Source: Stramenopiles sp. TOSAG23-3 (lineage: Eukaryota). Taken from it: 38,965 nucleotides of DNA. The notes under the pieces were generated by a model, which was not told where the DNA came from, made no database searches, and saw only the letters and a program-made list of their open reading frames with translations. Shown one piece after another: positions 10,502 to 18,958 of the stretch. How positions within the stretch are numbered: the stretch's first letter is position 1; each line of letters starts with the position of its first letter. The stretch lies in NCBI GenBank assembly GCA_900128585.1, contig LT642186.1, positions 1 to 38,965 on the forward strand. Direction: 5' to 3'. A program made the position numbers and the translations under genes.

Positions 10502-11263
10502 ATGGGGGACTATGGGAGCGACTTTACAAAGGCGTTGCAGACCCAACTTAGGCAGTTGATACACTACGCGAAGGGAGCTGACGCAACGCTGCAGCGGGAG
10601 GTGGCAGAAAAATTAGCAAATGAAGCGGTCAAGCCTGATCGACAGGAACAAATTGTAGAATTAGGTGGTCTTGAATTGCTCCTGCCTCTGGTCCAGTCAA
10701 GCGACAAGGAAGTCCAACGGTTAGCAGCGCACGCCTTGGCGAACCTTTCAGTCAACGCAGAAAACCAGATTATAATGGCAAATGAAGGGGGAGTTGAAAT
10801 GTTAATTGAGCTTTTGGAAACGGCAAACCCTCACATACAGAGGCAGGCGGCGAAAGCGCTGGCAAATTTAGGAGTCAATTCAGATAATAAAGCGACAATT
10901 GCCCAGAAAGGGGGGATCGCCCCACTGATACACCTGACTACGAACGCGCCAGACGCTGTAAAAATCGAAACCGTTGCAGCTTTGGCCAACTTGGCTGTCA
11001 ACGATGATAACGAAGTTTCAATAGGTGAAGATGGTGGTTTGCAGCCCATTTTGAAGTGCGCATCTTCGCGCAATTCAGAACTTCAGGCGCAGGCTTGCAG
11101 GGCATTGCGAAACCTGTCCGTATGTGGCCGTAACAAGGAGATAATTTTATCCATGAATGGTGATGCTTTGCTCGAGACACTTACCAACAGCAACAATGAT
11201 CGAATACGATCGCAGGCGACTAGGGCACTCAACAATTTAGGGGGTAGTAGGAACAGGAAATAA
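10502..11263 (+). CDS. Armadillo-repeat protein, Vac8-like
   Basis: About 5 ARM repeats of about 41 aa: 'VQRLAAHALANLSVN', 'IQRQAAKALANLGVN', 'VAALANLAVN', 'QACRALRNLSV', each with GG-hydrophobic-x-x-L segments. Confidence 0.9.
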   Translation: MGDYGSDFTKALQTQLRQLIHYAKGADATLQREVAEKLANEAVKPDRQEQIVELGGLELLLPLVQSSDKEVQRLAAHALANLSVNAENQIIMANEGGVEMLIELLETANPHIQRQAAKALANLGVNSDNKATIAQKGGIAPLIHLTTNAPDAVKIETVAALANLAVNDDNEVSIGEDGGLQPILKCASSRNSELQAQACRALRNLSVCGRNKEIILSMNGDALLETLTNSNNDRIRSQATRALNNLGGSRNRK

Positions 11264-11793
11264 GAATGGGCGTGTATTTGTACACTGCCTTTCTTTGCCG
11301 CGTTAAATTGACTGTTTTTGACACCGTAGACCATTCAATAATAAACAACTCATCACTAAAACATAGGAATATTTAACAAAAATGCATATATGCATTTTTG
11401 ACAGCAGTTAACTCACTTGGGGAAGAAGATAAATTTTAATTTACTTACATAAAAGTTAAAATGAATGTGTAATTGATAAGCAGCTGCTTCACATTCGCGG
11501 TTAAAGAAGATGAAATAAATTATTATAAAAATTGCAGTAACATTAATGTGAAGTTTACTTTAAACTTCATTACTGCAACTAACTTTAAATTAACAGTTGT
11601 TCGCAGTACATTTTAATATTTTTTATATTACACTTAAACCAATTTTCTTGTTTTTAATAACAGCCAATTTTCTTGGTTTTATAAAAATTACTCTCCCAGG
11701 TTTATAAACGTGAAATTTTAAAGAGGTTTACGAAAGGTGCTTTTATAAAAAAAAGTCCCGGTAAAACATCTTCTGCCGCGCTTTACTCTTTCT

Positions 11794-12633
11794 TTATTTG
11801 CTTTTATTTGCTTCTTTATTTGCTAGTGCTTTCTTAGTTTCTCCCCAGTATGCAATGATTTGTATCACGACCAGGACATTCAGTGTAACAGCGACCACTT
11901 GCCCCCCCACGATGTACGGTCGGGATTCTTTTGAAATACCTTTTTCGTGCAGGCTCGTGAAGGTTCTTCCCAAGCTGCCACCCAATTGCAAGAACCATGT
12001 CGAAAATGACATCACGCCTGTGTGCTTTTGAGAAAAGTTTTGGGCAATAGTTGGGATTCGCGACATTATATTGAACAATGAACTGACACCGGGAAGAATC
12101 CATACCCATTCCGCAGGCAAATTCGAAAGGCCGATTGTAGTTCCAGCAGCCAAAATCGGCAAGGCGAGCATGGTCCCGAAGCTTGGGCGTTCCTCTGCGC
12201 TCAAATAATACCAGTACAAAAATACGATTAGTACGTTTTGCACCAAAATTACCAGAAGTTCGCCGTACGTGACGAAATCGTTTCCGTTGATAATGTTGTA
12301 GACCGTTACAGGCAAAAATGCCGCGACATCCATGTAGAGCGCTGTCGGAGACAAGCCTGTAACCTTTCCTGCGCGGACCATATTGATGACCTGCGGCAGT
12401 TTGAAAACAAAGGCTCCAGCGATTATGCCTAGATTAATGGCTTTCGAGGCAGTCGTTTTCAAGCAGTCGATATCCAGAAAATTGAAATCGTCAAAGTAAT
12501 TCGTAAAACATTCTGGGGTGAAGATAAACAATTTCAAGCTCGGGTCTGGCAGTTTTGCCGCGTGGGCCACCGAAAGAAAACTCCCCACCACCGCCACCAC
12601 CAGGAGCGAATACTGAATATTTAAACGAAACAT
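11794..12633 (-). CDS. MPDU1: Mannose-P-dolichol utilization defect 1 protein (PQ-loop family)
   Basis: 'ECFTNYFDDFNFLDIDCLKTTASKAINLGIIAGAFVFKLPQV' and 'NFSQKHTGVMSF...GSLGRTFTSLHE' match MPDU1/Lec35. First ATG is at 12633; the track start at 12678 is a TTG. Confidence 0.88.
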   Translation of the reverse strand: MFRLNIQYSLLVVAVVGSFLSVAHAAKLPDPSLKLFIFTPECFTNYFDDFNFLDIDCLKTTASKAINLGIIAGAFVFKLPQVINMVRAGKVTGLSPTALYMDVAAFLPVTVYNIINGNDFVTYGELLVILVQNVLIVFLYWYYLSAEERPSFGTMLALPILAAGTTIGLSNLPAEWVWILPGVSSLFNIMSRIPTIAQNFSQKHTGVMSFSTWFLQLGGSLGRTFTSLHEKGISKESRPYIVGGQVVAVTLNVLVVIQIIAYWGETKKALANKEANKSK

Positions 12634-13366
12634 GTTGACAAATGAGACTGGGATTACTCGAGAGAATATCGTGTTCAATAGCTAAATATGCGTGAAACAA
12701 AGTCTATAATTGTTACAGTGTGTTCATTCTTTTAATGTATATAAATATAAATTAACTCATTAATAATACGAGAAATCATCCATCACCGGCGGCTAAACAC
12801 AACAAACAAAAAACGTGTGGTGTTTTTTGTAGTTGTTATTAGTGTACGAGTAAGAGTGTAGTAATAAGTATTAATAAAAAATAAACAACAAAAAAACAAA
12901 AAACATTAACTGGAATTATAATGGGGAGTCTTTTTTTAAATATAATAAATAATATATTAGACCTACTACTAATAAAGAGCTTATTTATTATTAGTCAGTC
13001 CACAGTCTGTTGTATTATTATATATAAATACAAAAAGCAATAAAATAATATCTATCCAAATAATAATACCAAAAAAGAAGAAGAAGAAGTAAAAATTTTT
13101 TAAAAAATATGATAATAAGAGAAGAGAAGAAGAGAAAAGAAGAAGAGATTTTGAGAAGACGATGGATTTGAGATTCAAAATTTTTGAAATTTTTAACAGG
13201 TGTGTAGTATAAATAAAGATGCTGTGTCGGCTGCATCTCGTTTTAGTGGGTTCTGGCGTGCACAGCGCAGGCAAAGGTGTTCTGATTATTTTTAAAAACA
13301 AAATTATGGCTGTTTATTGAAAATGGCCGTTCGCATCGTGGAATTCCCGACGCTTGTTTTCCCCGT

Positions 13367-13606
13367 TTAGTTCCGTTCCATAGAATTATTAAGTGCTTCT
13401 ATACGCTGGAGGCCTACTTGGCATGCACTCAGAGTGAGAACATATAGGGTTCTACTGTACTGCAACGCGTTTAAAATATAGGAGGCGCCAGTGTCTTCCA
13501 TACAGTGATAAAATGTGCAATCCAGCACCTCAATATGTTCATCCCTTGAAATCATCTCTCCCAAGGCGTTTGCCGCTTCTGTCATTAGACCACGGCCCCG
13601 CAGTGC
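13367..13606 (-). pseudogene. RI-like leucine-rich-repeat fragment, in frame after the CobW stop (relic or read-through extension)
   Basis: ALRGRGLMTEAANALGEMISRDEHIEVLDCTFYHCMEDTGASYILNALQYSRTLYVLTLSACQVG fits about 2.5 RI-type LRRs. Same frame as CobW, starting at the codon after TGA. Confidence 0.5.
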
Positions 13607-15241
13607 TCAGTCGCATTTGCAAACTTTGACATTTGCGAATGCAACCTTTAATGCATTGTCGGCTTCTCTGGTAAATACAGGCCACCACCATTTCGACTCC
13701 ATGTCTTTTGTATGTGTCGATTCCTTGAGTTCGTACGCACCGGGAAGGCAAACGCAAATGCCGACGTTAGGAATTGTTGCATATGCAACAAAGACTTTCG
13801 GCTCGTCAAGTGAAGAGTTTATGGAATCAACAAAGGCCTTGTTTACATCGTCCATTTTTACCCTCAATTCTTGGTGAACTTCGTCGTCGTCTTTGAATCC
13901 ATACGACGCCCCATTGAGGCGAACCCAGCAGCAGCCACTTCTCCCTGTGGTATAGTCCCCGAATACTTTAACAAAACGATTGTCGTCTCCCCATTGTCTC
14001 ACTGCCACTTCCCTGTCTGTAAGAACCTGCGACAGTTCCGCAACTTCCTGTCCCTCGTCCAGGAGCATTCGCCTAAGCTCAACCTCCTTTAACCTTGGAC
14101 CAATGAACACGAGCTTGCTCTGCGGAGGGCCTTGCCACTCGCCGTCTAGTTCCCAGCTCCATCGACCAGGAGAGCGACCGCTCATGTGAAACACGCAGCG
14201 CCATCTCTCTAAAACACCTTTACCATCACATGGGTTGTCGTTTTCAGTGACCCACAGGATGCCCTTCGCCCGAACTAAGATATGCCCGGGCAACAAATTT
14301 CTAACAAAGTTTATCCAGTTGCTCAACCGGATCGGTTTTTCTCCGAGGGTTAGGGAGAACGACGTAAACTTGTCTTCTTGCAAATGGTTCGTTTGAGGCG
14401 TCGAAACTCCCGAGGGGTTTTCTAACATTTTGCCTTTAAGGCGCCGCAGCGCCCCACCAGTTGCAGACACGTAATAAGGGGCATCCGTTTTCTCGTGGGT
14501 AACATTGGTTTGGCCATCGCCGGTAGACGCTGCACTCAGCGTACTATCTACAATGTCCAATATTTTATGTAAGGGAATGCGGCTATTTACAGTTTCTACC
14601 ACTTTGGCGTGCGGGGAAAACGATTTAATTTTTGCCCTTACCAGTGCTTTCCTAGCTTCTGACACTAAATCGACTTTGTTCATCAGGACGACATCAGCGC
14701 TCCTGACTTGAGCCGCTGCGGCAACAGTGCGCTCCGGTGACCACGCGTCTGTGTCGACTACGCAGACTACACTGTCCAGTCTTGCGCGGTACATTTTTCC
14801 GAAAGTGGCGTCCAAAGTGGAAACAATTTTACGTGGATCAGTCACCCCACTAGTTTCGATCACTAGATAGTCATACGCAGCAGTCCGGTCGATTTCTTGC
14901 AGGAGCGTCCAGACAGCCTCCGTCAGATCGTTTATAATGGAGCAGCAGGCGCAGCCGTTCGAAAGTTCTATTGTTCTCTGAGTGGTCTTTGACGTTGAGT
15001 TCTTCACCAGTTGGCCATCAATGTTTAAAGCTCCAAAATCATTAACAGCAGCTGCTATTCTAAGGTTCTGTTTGTTCTCCAGCATGTACTTCAACAGTGT
15101 GGTCTTTCCTGCCCCTAAAAAACCCGTCACTACCGTGACAGGCAAGTGCTGCGGCTGCGCGCTTCCAAAAATCCGAGTGTTTTCTGCGTGCAGGAAAAGG
15201 TTTATTCTACTGACTTCATCTCCTGCTACAACAGACGCCAT
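13607..15241 (-). CDS. COG0523/CobW-family G3E P-loop GTPase (putative zinc metallochaperone) with C-terminal extension
   Basis: Walker A GFLGAGKTT, ELSNGCACC (CxCC metal motif), IETSG, NKVD, and CobW_C 'VRAKGILWV...SKLVFIG'. First ATG is at 15241; the track start at 15259 is a TTG. Confidence 0.92.
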   Translation of the reverse strand: MASVVAGDEVSRINLFLHAENTRIFGSAQPQHLPVTVVTGFLGAGKTTLLKYMLENKQNLRIAAAVNDFGALNIDGQLVKNSTSKTTQRTIELSNGCACCSIINDLTEAVWTLLQEIDRTAAYDYLVIETSGVTDPRKIVSTLDATFGKMYRARLDSVVCVVDTDAWSPERTVAAAAQVRSADVVLMNKVDLVSEARKALVRAKIKSFSPHAKVVETVNSRIPLHKILDIVDSTLSAASTGDGQTNVTHEKTDAPYYVSATGGALRRLKGKMLENPSGVSTPQTNHLQEDKFTSFSLTLGEKPIRLSNWINFVRNLLPGHILVRAKGILWVTENDNPCDGKGVLERWRCVFHMSGRSPGRWSWELDGEWQGPPQSKLVFIGPRLKEVELRRMLLDEGQEVAELSQVLTDREVAVRQWGDDNRFVKVFGDYTTGRSGCCWVRLNGASYGFKDDDEVHQELRVKMDDVNKAFVDSINSSLDEPKVFVAYATIPNVGICVCLPGAYELKESTHTKDMESKWWWPVFTREADNALKVAFANVKVCKCD

Positions 15242-16116
15242 ATTCGCTGTTCGACACAACTGTCATCAATATAAGATTCCAATGCTCTTGGATAAATAAT
15301 TATGCCTATTATAACGGTATGGGCAGTTTCTTGATTGTCGACTCTGGGTTCTTAATAAAGAGAGAATGATTTTTCTTAATTACTATACACCTGAACTTTT
15401 GCTTGGGGCGGCCTTGCGGCCTTCTTCTTCATCAACAACAACATCATCAATCATCAGTCCAACTCGTCTATAATAAAATAAAAAAATAATATATTATTAT
15501 TATTTATTTTTTTATATTAAAATAGTACCAGCAGTAATACCTGTAATACAAATATTTTTATATTGCTGCTGCGCGCTGTGTAATATTTAATTTTCAAGTT
15601 GTTGTTGTTGTTCTTTTCTTGCTGCTGTTGGGAAATGTGTTGTTTTTGGACGTCTTCTTGTGTATTTTCTATATATAATATTATTATAAGTATAAATTGG
15701 TAATAATTTACCTATCTAACATTATCATCAGAAGATGATTCAGAAGTCCGTATCTTCTACCAAAAATTATTAATTAGGAAGAAGAAAGAAAGAAGAAAAA
15801 AAAAATAATTGGATTTTTTTTACCCTGATTCAACAAAATAAATAAATAGTTTTTTTAGTGCTGTGTGAATGCTTTGGCAATTGTTGTTGGGATAAAAAAA
15901 AAAGAAGAAGACGACCGATAAAAAATAATATATATCTTCATCGCATCTTCACCACCACAGGTTACGAACAGACAGTTTACAGAGTTCAAAGTCCAGGGGA
16001 TGCGATATTGCATCAAAGTGGGAAAATTAAATACATCGACAACCCGATACGCTAAACCATTCGCAGTTACAAACGCTCAGTTTTAATCGCAGTTTTTTTG
16101 AGGTAAAAAAATAACC

Positions 16117-18762
16117 ATGCATAAGCAGCTAGAAACCCATTTTCACGATGCTGCAGAAGCATTAAAACTCGCATTTGACGCCCATTCTGCTCAGGAGACA
16201 CCTTCGGCAGAACTTTATGGGCAAATAAACGAATATGCTGGAAAATATTTCCGATCGTTTGATGAAGATGTATGGGAAAAGGTTTCTGCGGTGACGAATC
16301 TTTATGAATTCTCACCTTACGCCCCGATTAATTTTACGGCACCCAACACTGCATCCAAAGTCGATGGAGTGGGGCGTGACTACTTCTTTGTTGTCGACGG
16401 TACCGTTGAAGCTGTCGATAGCAAGCAAACAAGCCTTGGCATAGTTAAAGCCAATGAAGATAGCGAGAGGTTGTACTTTGACGCAGAAATATTTCAAGAC
16501 TCGTCTGGTGAGCCTATGCATCTCCTTGCAGGCCGCTGCGGCGCAGTACTTCTCCGCCTTGCCTTCAGCGATGTAGCAAAATTGCGACCACGGAACGTGG
16601 GTAGTACGTACGATGAGCCCCGTGTCGGGTCGGCGGAACTATCCCGGCGCATACAACTTTTACGAACATGTCCATTGTTCTCGCAGTGGAAAAACAAAAA
16701 GTTGGGGAAAATGTCAATGTCCCTGCGAAAGGTTGTTTTGAACCCGTTTCAAAAGCTTGGTAGTGAAGGAGATCGTTTCAAGGAATGCTTCATAGTTGCG
16801 CAAGGTGAAATTCGATTAAGGGGCGAAAGGAAGGATGCACAGAAAGGCACCGAGGAATTTTACAAATGCAAAAGTGCACACCCATCGACGACTTTAGCAG
16901 TTTTAGGCAGGGGGCATTTAGGAGGTGTGGTTGAGTTGGTCGATGCCCACAAAAATGGTTGCGCAGCGCACCGTTGTTCTTTTGCAGGGGGGCACACAGG
17001 CGCGACCATTTACACAATTTCTCTATATTTTGCGGACATTTTCTTCCTCTCCGCGCCTAGGCAATGGAACATACTTGTCGCGTTGCGACGGCGGCGGCTA
17101 CTTTGGGAAAATATGAGGTTTGATATGCAACAAAACCACTCAGGGGTAAACATACGGCTCACCGACTCGTCCATGATGGTCAATTTTGGCTACGTGTTAA
17201 ACTTGTCGGTAGTTGCCTTCCTCAAAGAAGGCAATAAAGTCATTGACAAGTGTGGTTTTGGCGAGACAGTGTTTGGTGAAGAAGAGAAAGTACTCTCGGA
17301 GTACCAGTTAACGCTACATAGTGCAAGAGCTCTCCGCCGAACTGGTGAAGCATTAATTCGAAATCATGAACACCTTTCCGCTATCTCATCGTTTTCACTT
17401 GCTTCCAAAATATTCCGATCAACGCTTGACCTAATTCCCCATAATATAGGGGACGATCGTAGACGATTGGCGGCGCAGAATGCAACTAGACTCGCAAACA
17501 TGTCCGAATCTTTCGCAAACTTGGCTACATTTTGTATCCAGCAAAAGCACGCAATGGAGACAATCCACGCATGCAAACTTCAATTTTCTCGCAAGAATTA
17601 CAATGCAGCAACCAAGAATTTCGTAAAAGCCCATGATGTCTGGAAAGAGTTTTTGAAGCTTTATGAAGAAGATAATTCCCAGTATGTAGTTCTGAACAAA
17701 GAGCACAAACGGGTCAACGGATTGGTAACCATTCTTCTCTCGGAAATGTCGGCGCTAACGAAAAGAGCGCATGTAGTCAGGCAGAAAACCTCGACCCAAA
17801 GTGTGCAAAAATTACAGAAGCAGCAGCTGAAAGACTCGAACCGTCTGGCGTCTACTCAGCCGCTTGTTCGTAAGTGCCAATTTCCAGTCTCGCCACCCCC
17901 ATCTGCGATATCACCAGAGACCCAAAACACCCAGTTGTTAAAGACAATGAAACGATATGGTGTGCGAAAAGACGGGCATGTACCTGCACGGCCTCGAGAG
18001 AATCGAAGCCCACCCCTTCGGCAGGACTCTCCTAGATTATTACGTCAAAAGCGAATCATGACCTACAACGATATGACTGATAGCAGTGCTGACCACAATC
18101 ATCCAGATGCCGTGCATCACATCACGACACCAAAAACCACCAGAAAAACTAGCAAATCAAAAACAAAGTCCATGATATCCATACTTCAGCCTAAAGTTGG
18201 TCTACAAAACAAATACAGGCGTGCCACTGGGGGGGGCGGGGGCCCTGGTATAAAGCATAAAACGGAGATGAACATTTTGCTTATTGAACCGAGTGAGCAA
18301 ATGTCAAAACAAGCATGCGCACTGTTTCCAAACCAAGGGAAAAGATACGGCTACATCTGTAACGTTGAAGTTGCATTGAATGGAATAGCCGCTTTAAATA
18401 AGCTGTATCCTGTAAAACATGCCCCTAAAAATGATGAGAACACCCCCGAGTCCGAGCTACTTCCTGCGAGAATAGAGAAAAGGTACAATGTTGTGATAGT
18501 GTCGGCAAGCATTATGGATGTGTCGTGGAGAAGTATAGTTGAAAAGGTCAGACGCAGAGGGAATGCGCGCTTCATATATGTGACTGGTGAGTTTCAAAAC
18601 GATTACCATAGTGCTGCAATGGCAAAAGATGTCATGCGGTACGGTGGAAATGGGATATACCCCCGACCGTATAACAAAACTGTTGTTTCGAACATACTCA
18701 TGAACGTCGAAAAGTACAGTCGAGGTCCAGGTACTTCTTGCAATAAGAGGAAGAAAAAGTGA
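16117..18762 (+). CDS. Protein with cyclic-nucleotide-binding-like domain(s), TPR-like helices and a C-terminal pseudo-receiver (REC) domain
   Basis: 'LLRTCPLFSQW...EGDRFKECFIVAQGEIRL...LAVLGRG' is CNB-like, with a degenerate first CNB (FFVVDGTVEA). C-terminal 'MNILLIEPS...VEVALNGIAAL...YNVVIVS...FIYVTG...GGNGIYPRPY' is REC-like. Confidence 0.8.
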   Translation: MHKQLETHFHDAAEALKLAFDAHSAQETPSAELYGQINEYAGKYFRSFDEDVWEKVSAVTNLYEFSPYAPINFTAPNTASKVDGVGRDYFFVVDGTVEAVDSKQTSLGIVKANEDSERLYFDAEIFQDSSGEPMHLLAGRCGAVLLRLAFSDVAKLRPRNVGSTYDEPRVGSAELSRRIQLLRTCPLFSQWKNKKLGKMSMSLRKVVLNPFQKLGSEGDRFKECFIVAQGEIRLRGERKDAQKGTEEFYKCKSAHPSTTLAVLGRGHLGGVVELVDAHKNGCAAHRCSFAGGHTGATIYTISLYFADIFFLSAPRQWNILVALRRRRLLWENMRFDMQQNHSGVNIRLTDSSMMVNFGYVLNLSVVAFLKEGNKVIDKCGFGETVFGEEEKVLSEYQLTLHSARALRRTGEALIRNHEHLSAISSFSLASKIFRSTLDLIPHNIGDDRRRLAAQNATRLANMSESFANLATFCIQQKHAMETIHACKLQFSRKNYNAATKNFVKAHDVWKEFLKLYEEDNSQYVVLNKEHKRVNGLVTILLSEMSALTKRAHVVRQKTSTQSVQKLQKQQLKDSNRLASTQPLVRKCQFPVSPPPSAISPETQNTQLLKTMKRYGVRKDGHVPARPRENRSPPLRQDSPRLLRQKRIMTYNDMTDSSADHNHPDAVHHITTPKTTRKTSKSKTKSMISILQPKVGLQNKYRRATGGGGGPGIKHKTEMNILLIEPSEQMSKQACALFPNQGKRYGYICNVEVALNGIAALNKLYPVKHAPKNDENTPESELLPARIEKRYNVVIVSASIMDVSWRSIVEKVRRRGNARFIYVTGEFQNDYHSAAMAKDVMRYGGNGIYPRPYNKTVVSNILMNVEKYSRGPGTSCNKRKKK

Positions 18763-18958
18763 GAGAGCAGGGAAACAATCAAAATGCATTTTTAAATACA
18801 TATCTTTTTATATAATTTTTCATTAAACATGTATCATGTGTCATAGAAGTGAAAATGAGATCGGTGGTAAACGTTTTTTCGACTAGTCAGAAACAACCGC
18901 TCTGACTTTCACATTTTCCTGCGCATATAAGAGTCAATACACACGTCATGATATTAAA

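Noticed and set aside
10502-10520. MGDYGS as an N-myristoylation site and true VAC8 orthology
   Set aside because: Asp at position 3 is unfavourable, the palmitoylated Cys residues are absent and the protein is much shorter than Vac8; no symbol assigned.
12981-13301. 106-aa hydrophobic ORF (similar ones at 38404-38643 and 34673-34891)
   Set aside because: Non-ATG starts in AT-rich or microsatellite low-complexity DNA; the F/L/I/V richness is compositional.
13540-13590. ATGA-N10-AAA SECIS-like spacing after the CobW TGA
   Set aside because: No convincing helix II pairing and too close to the TGA.
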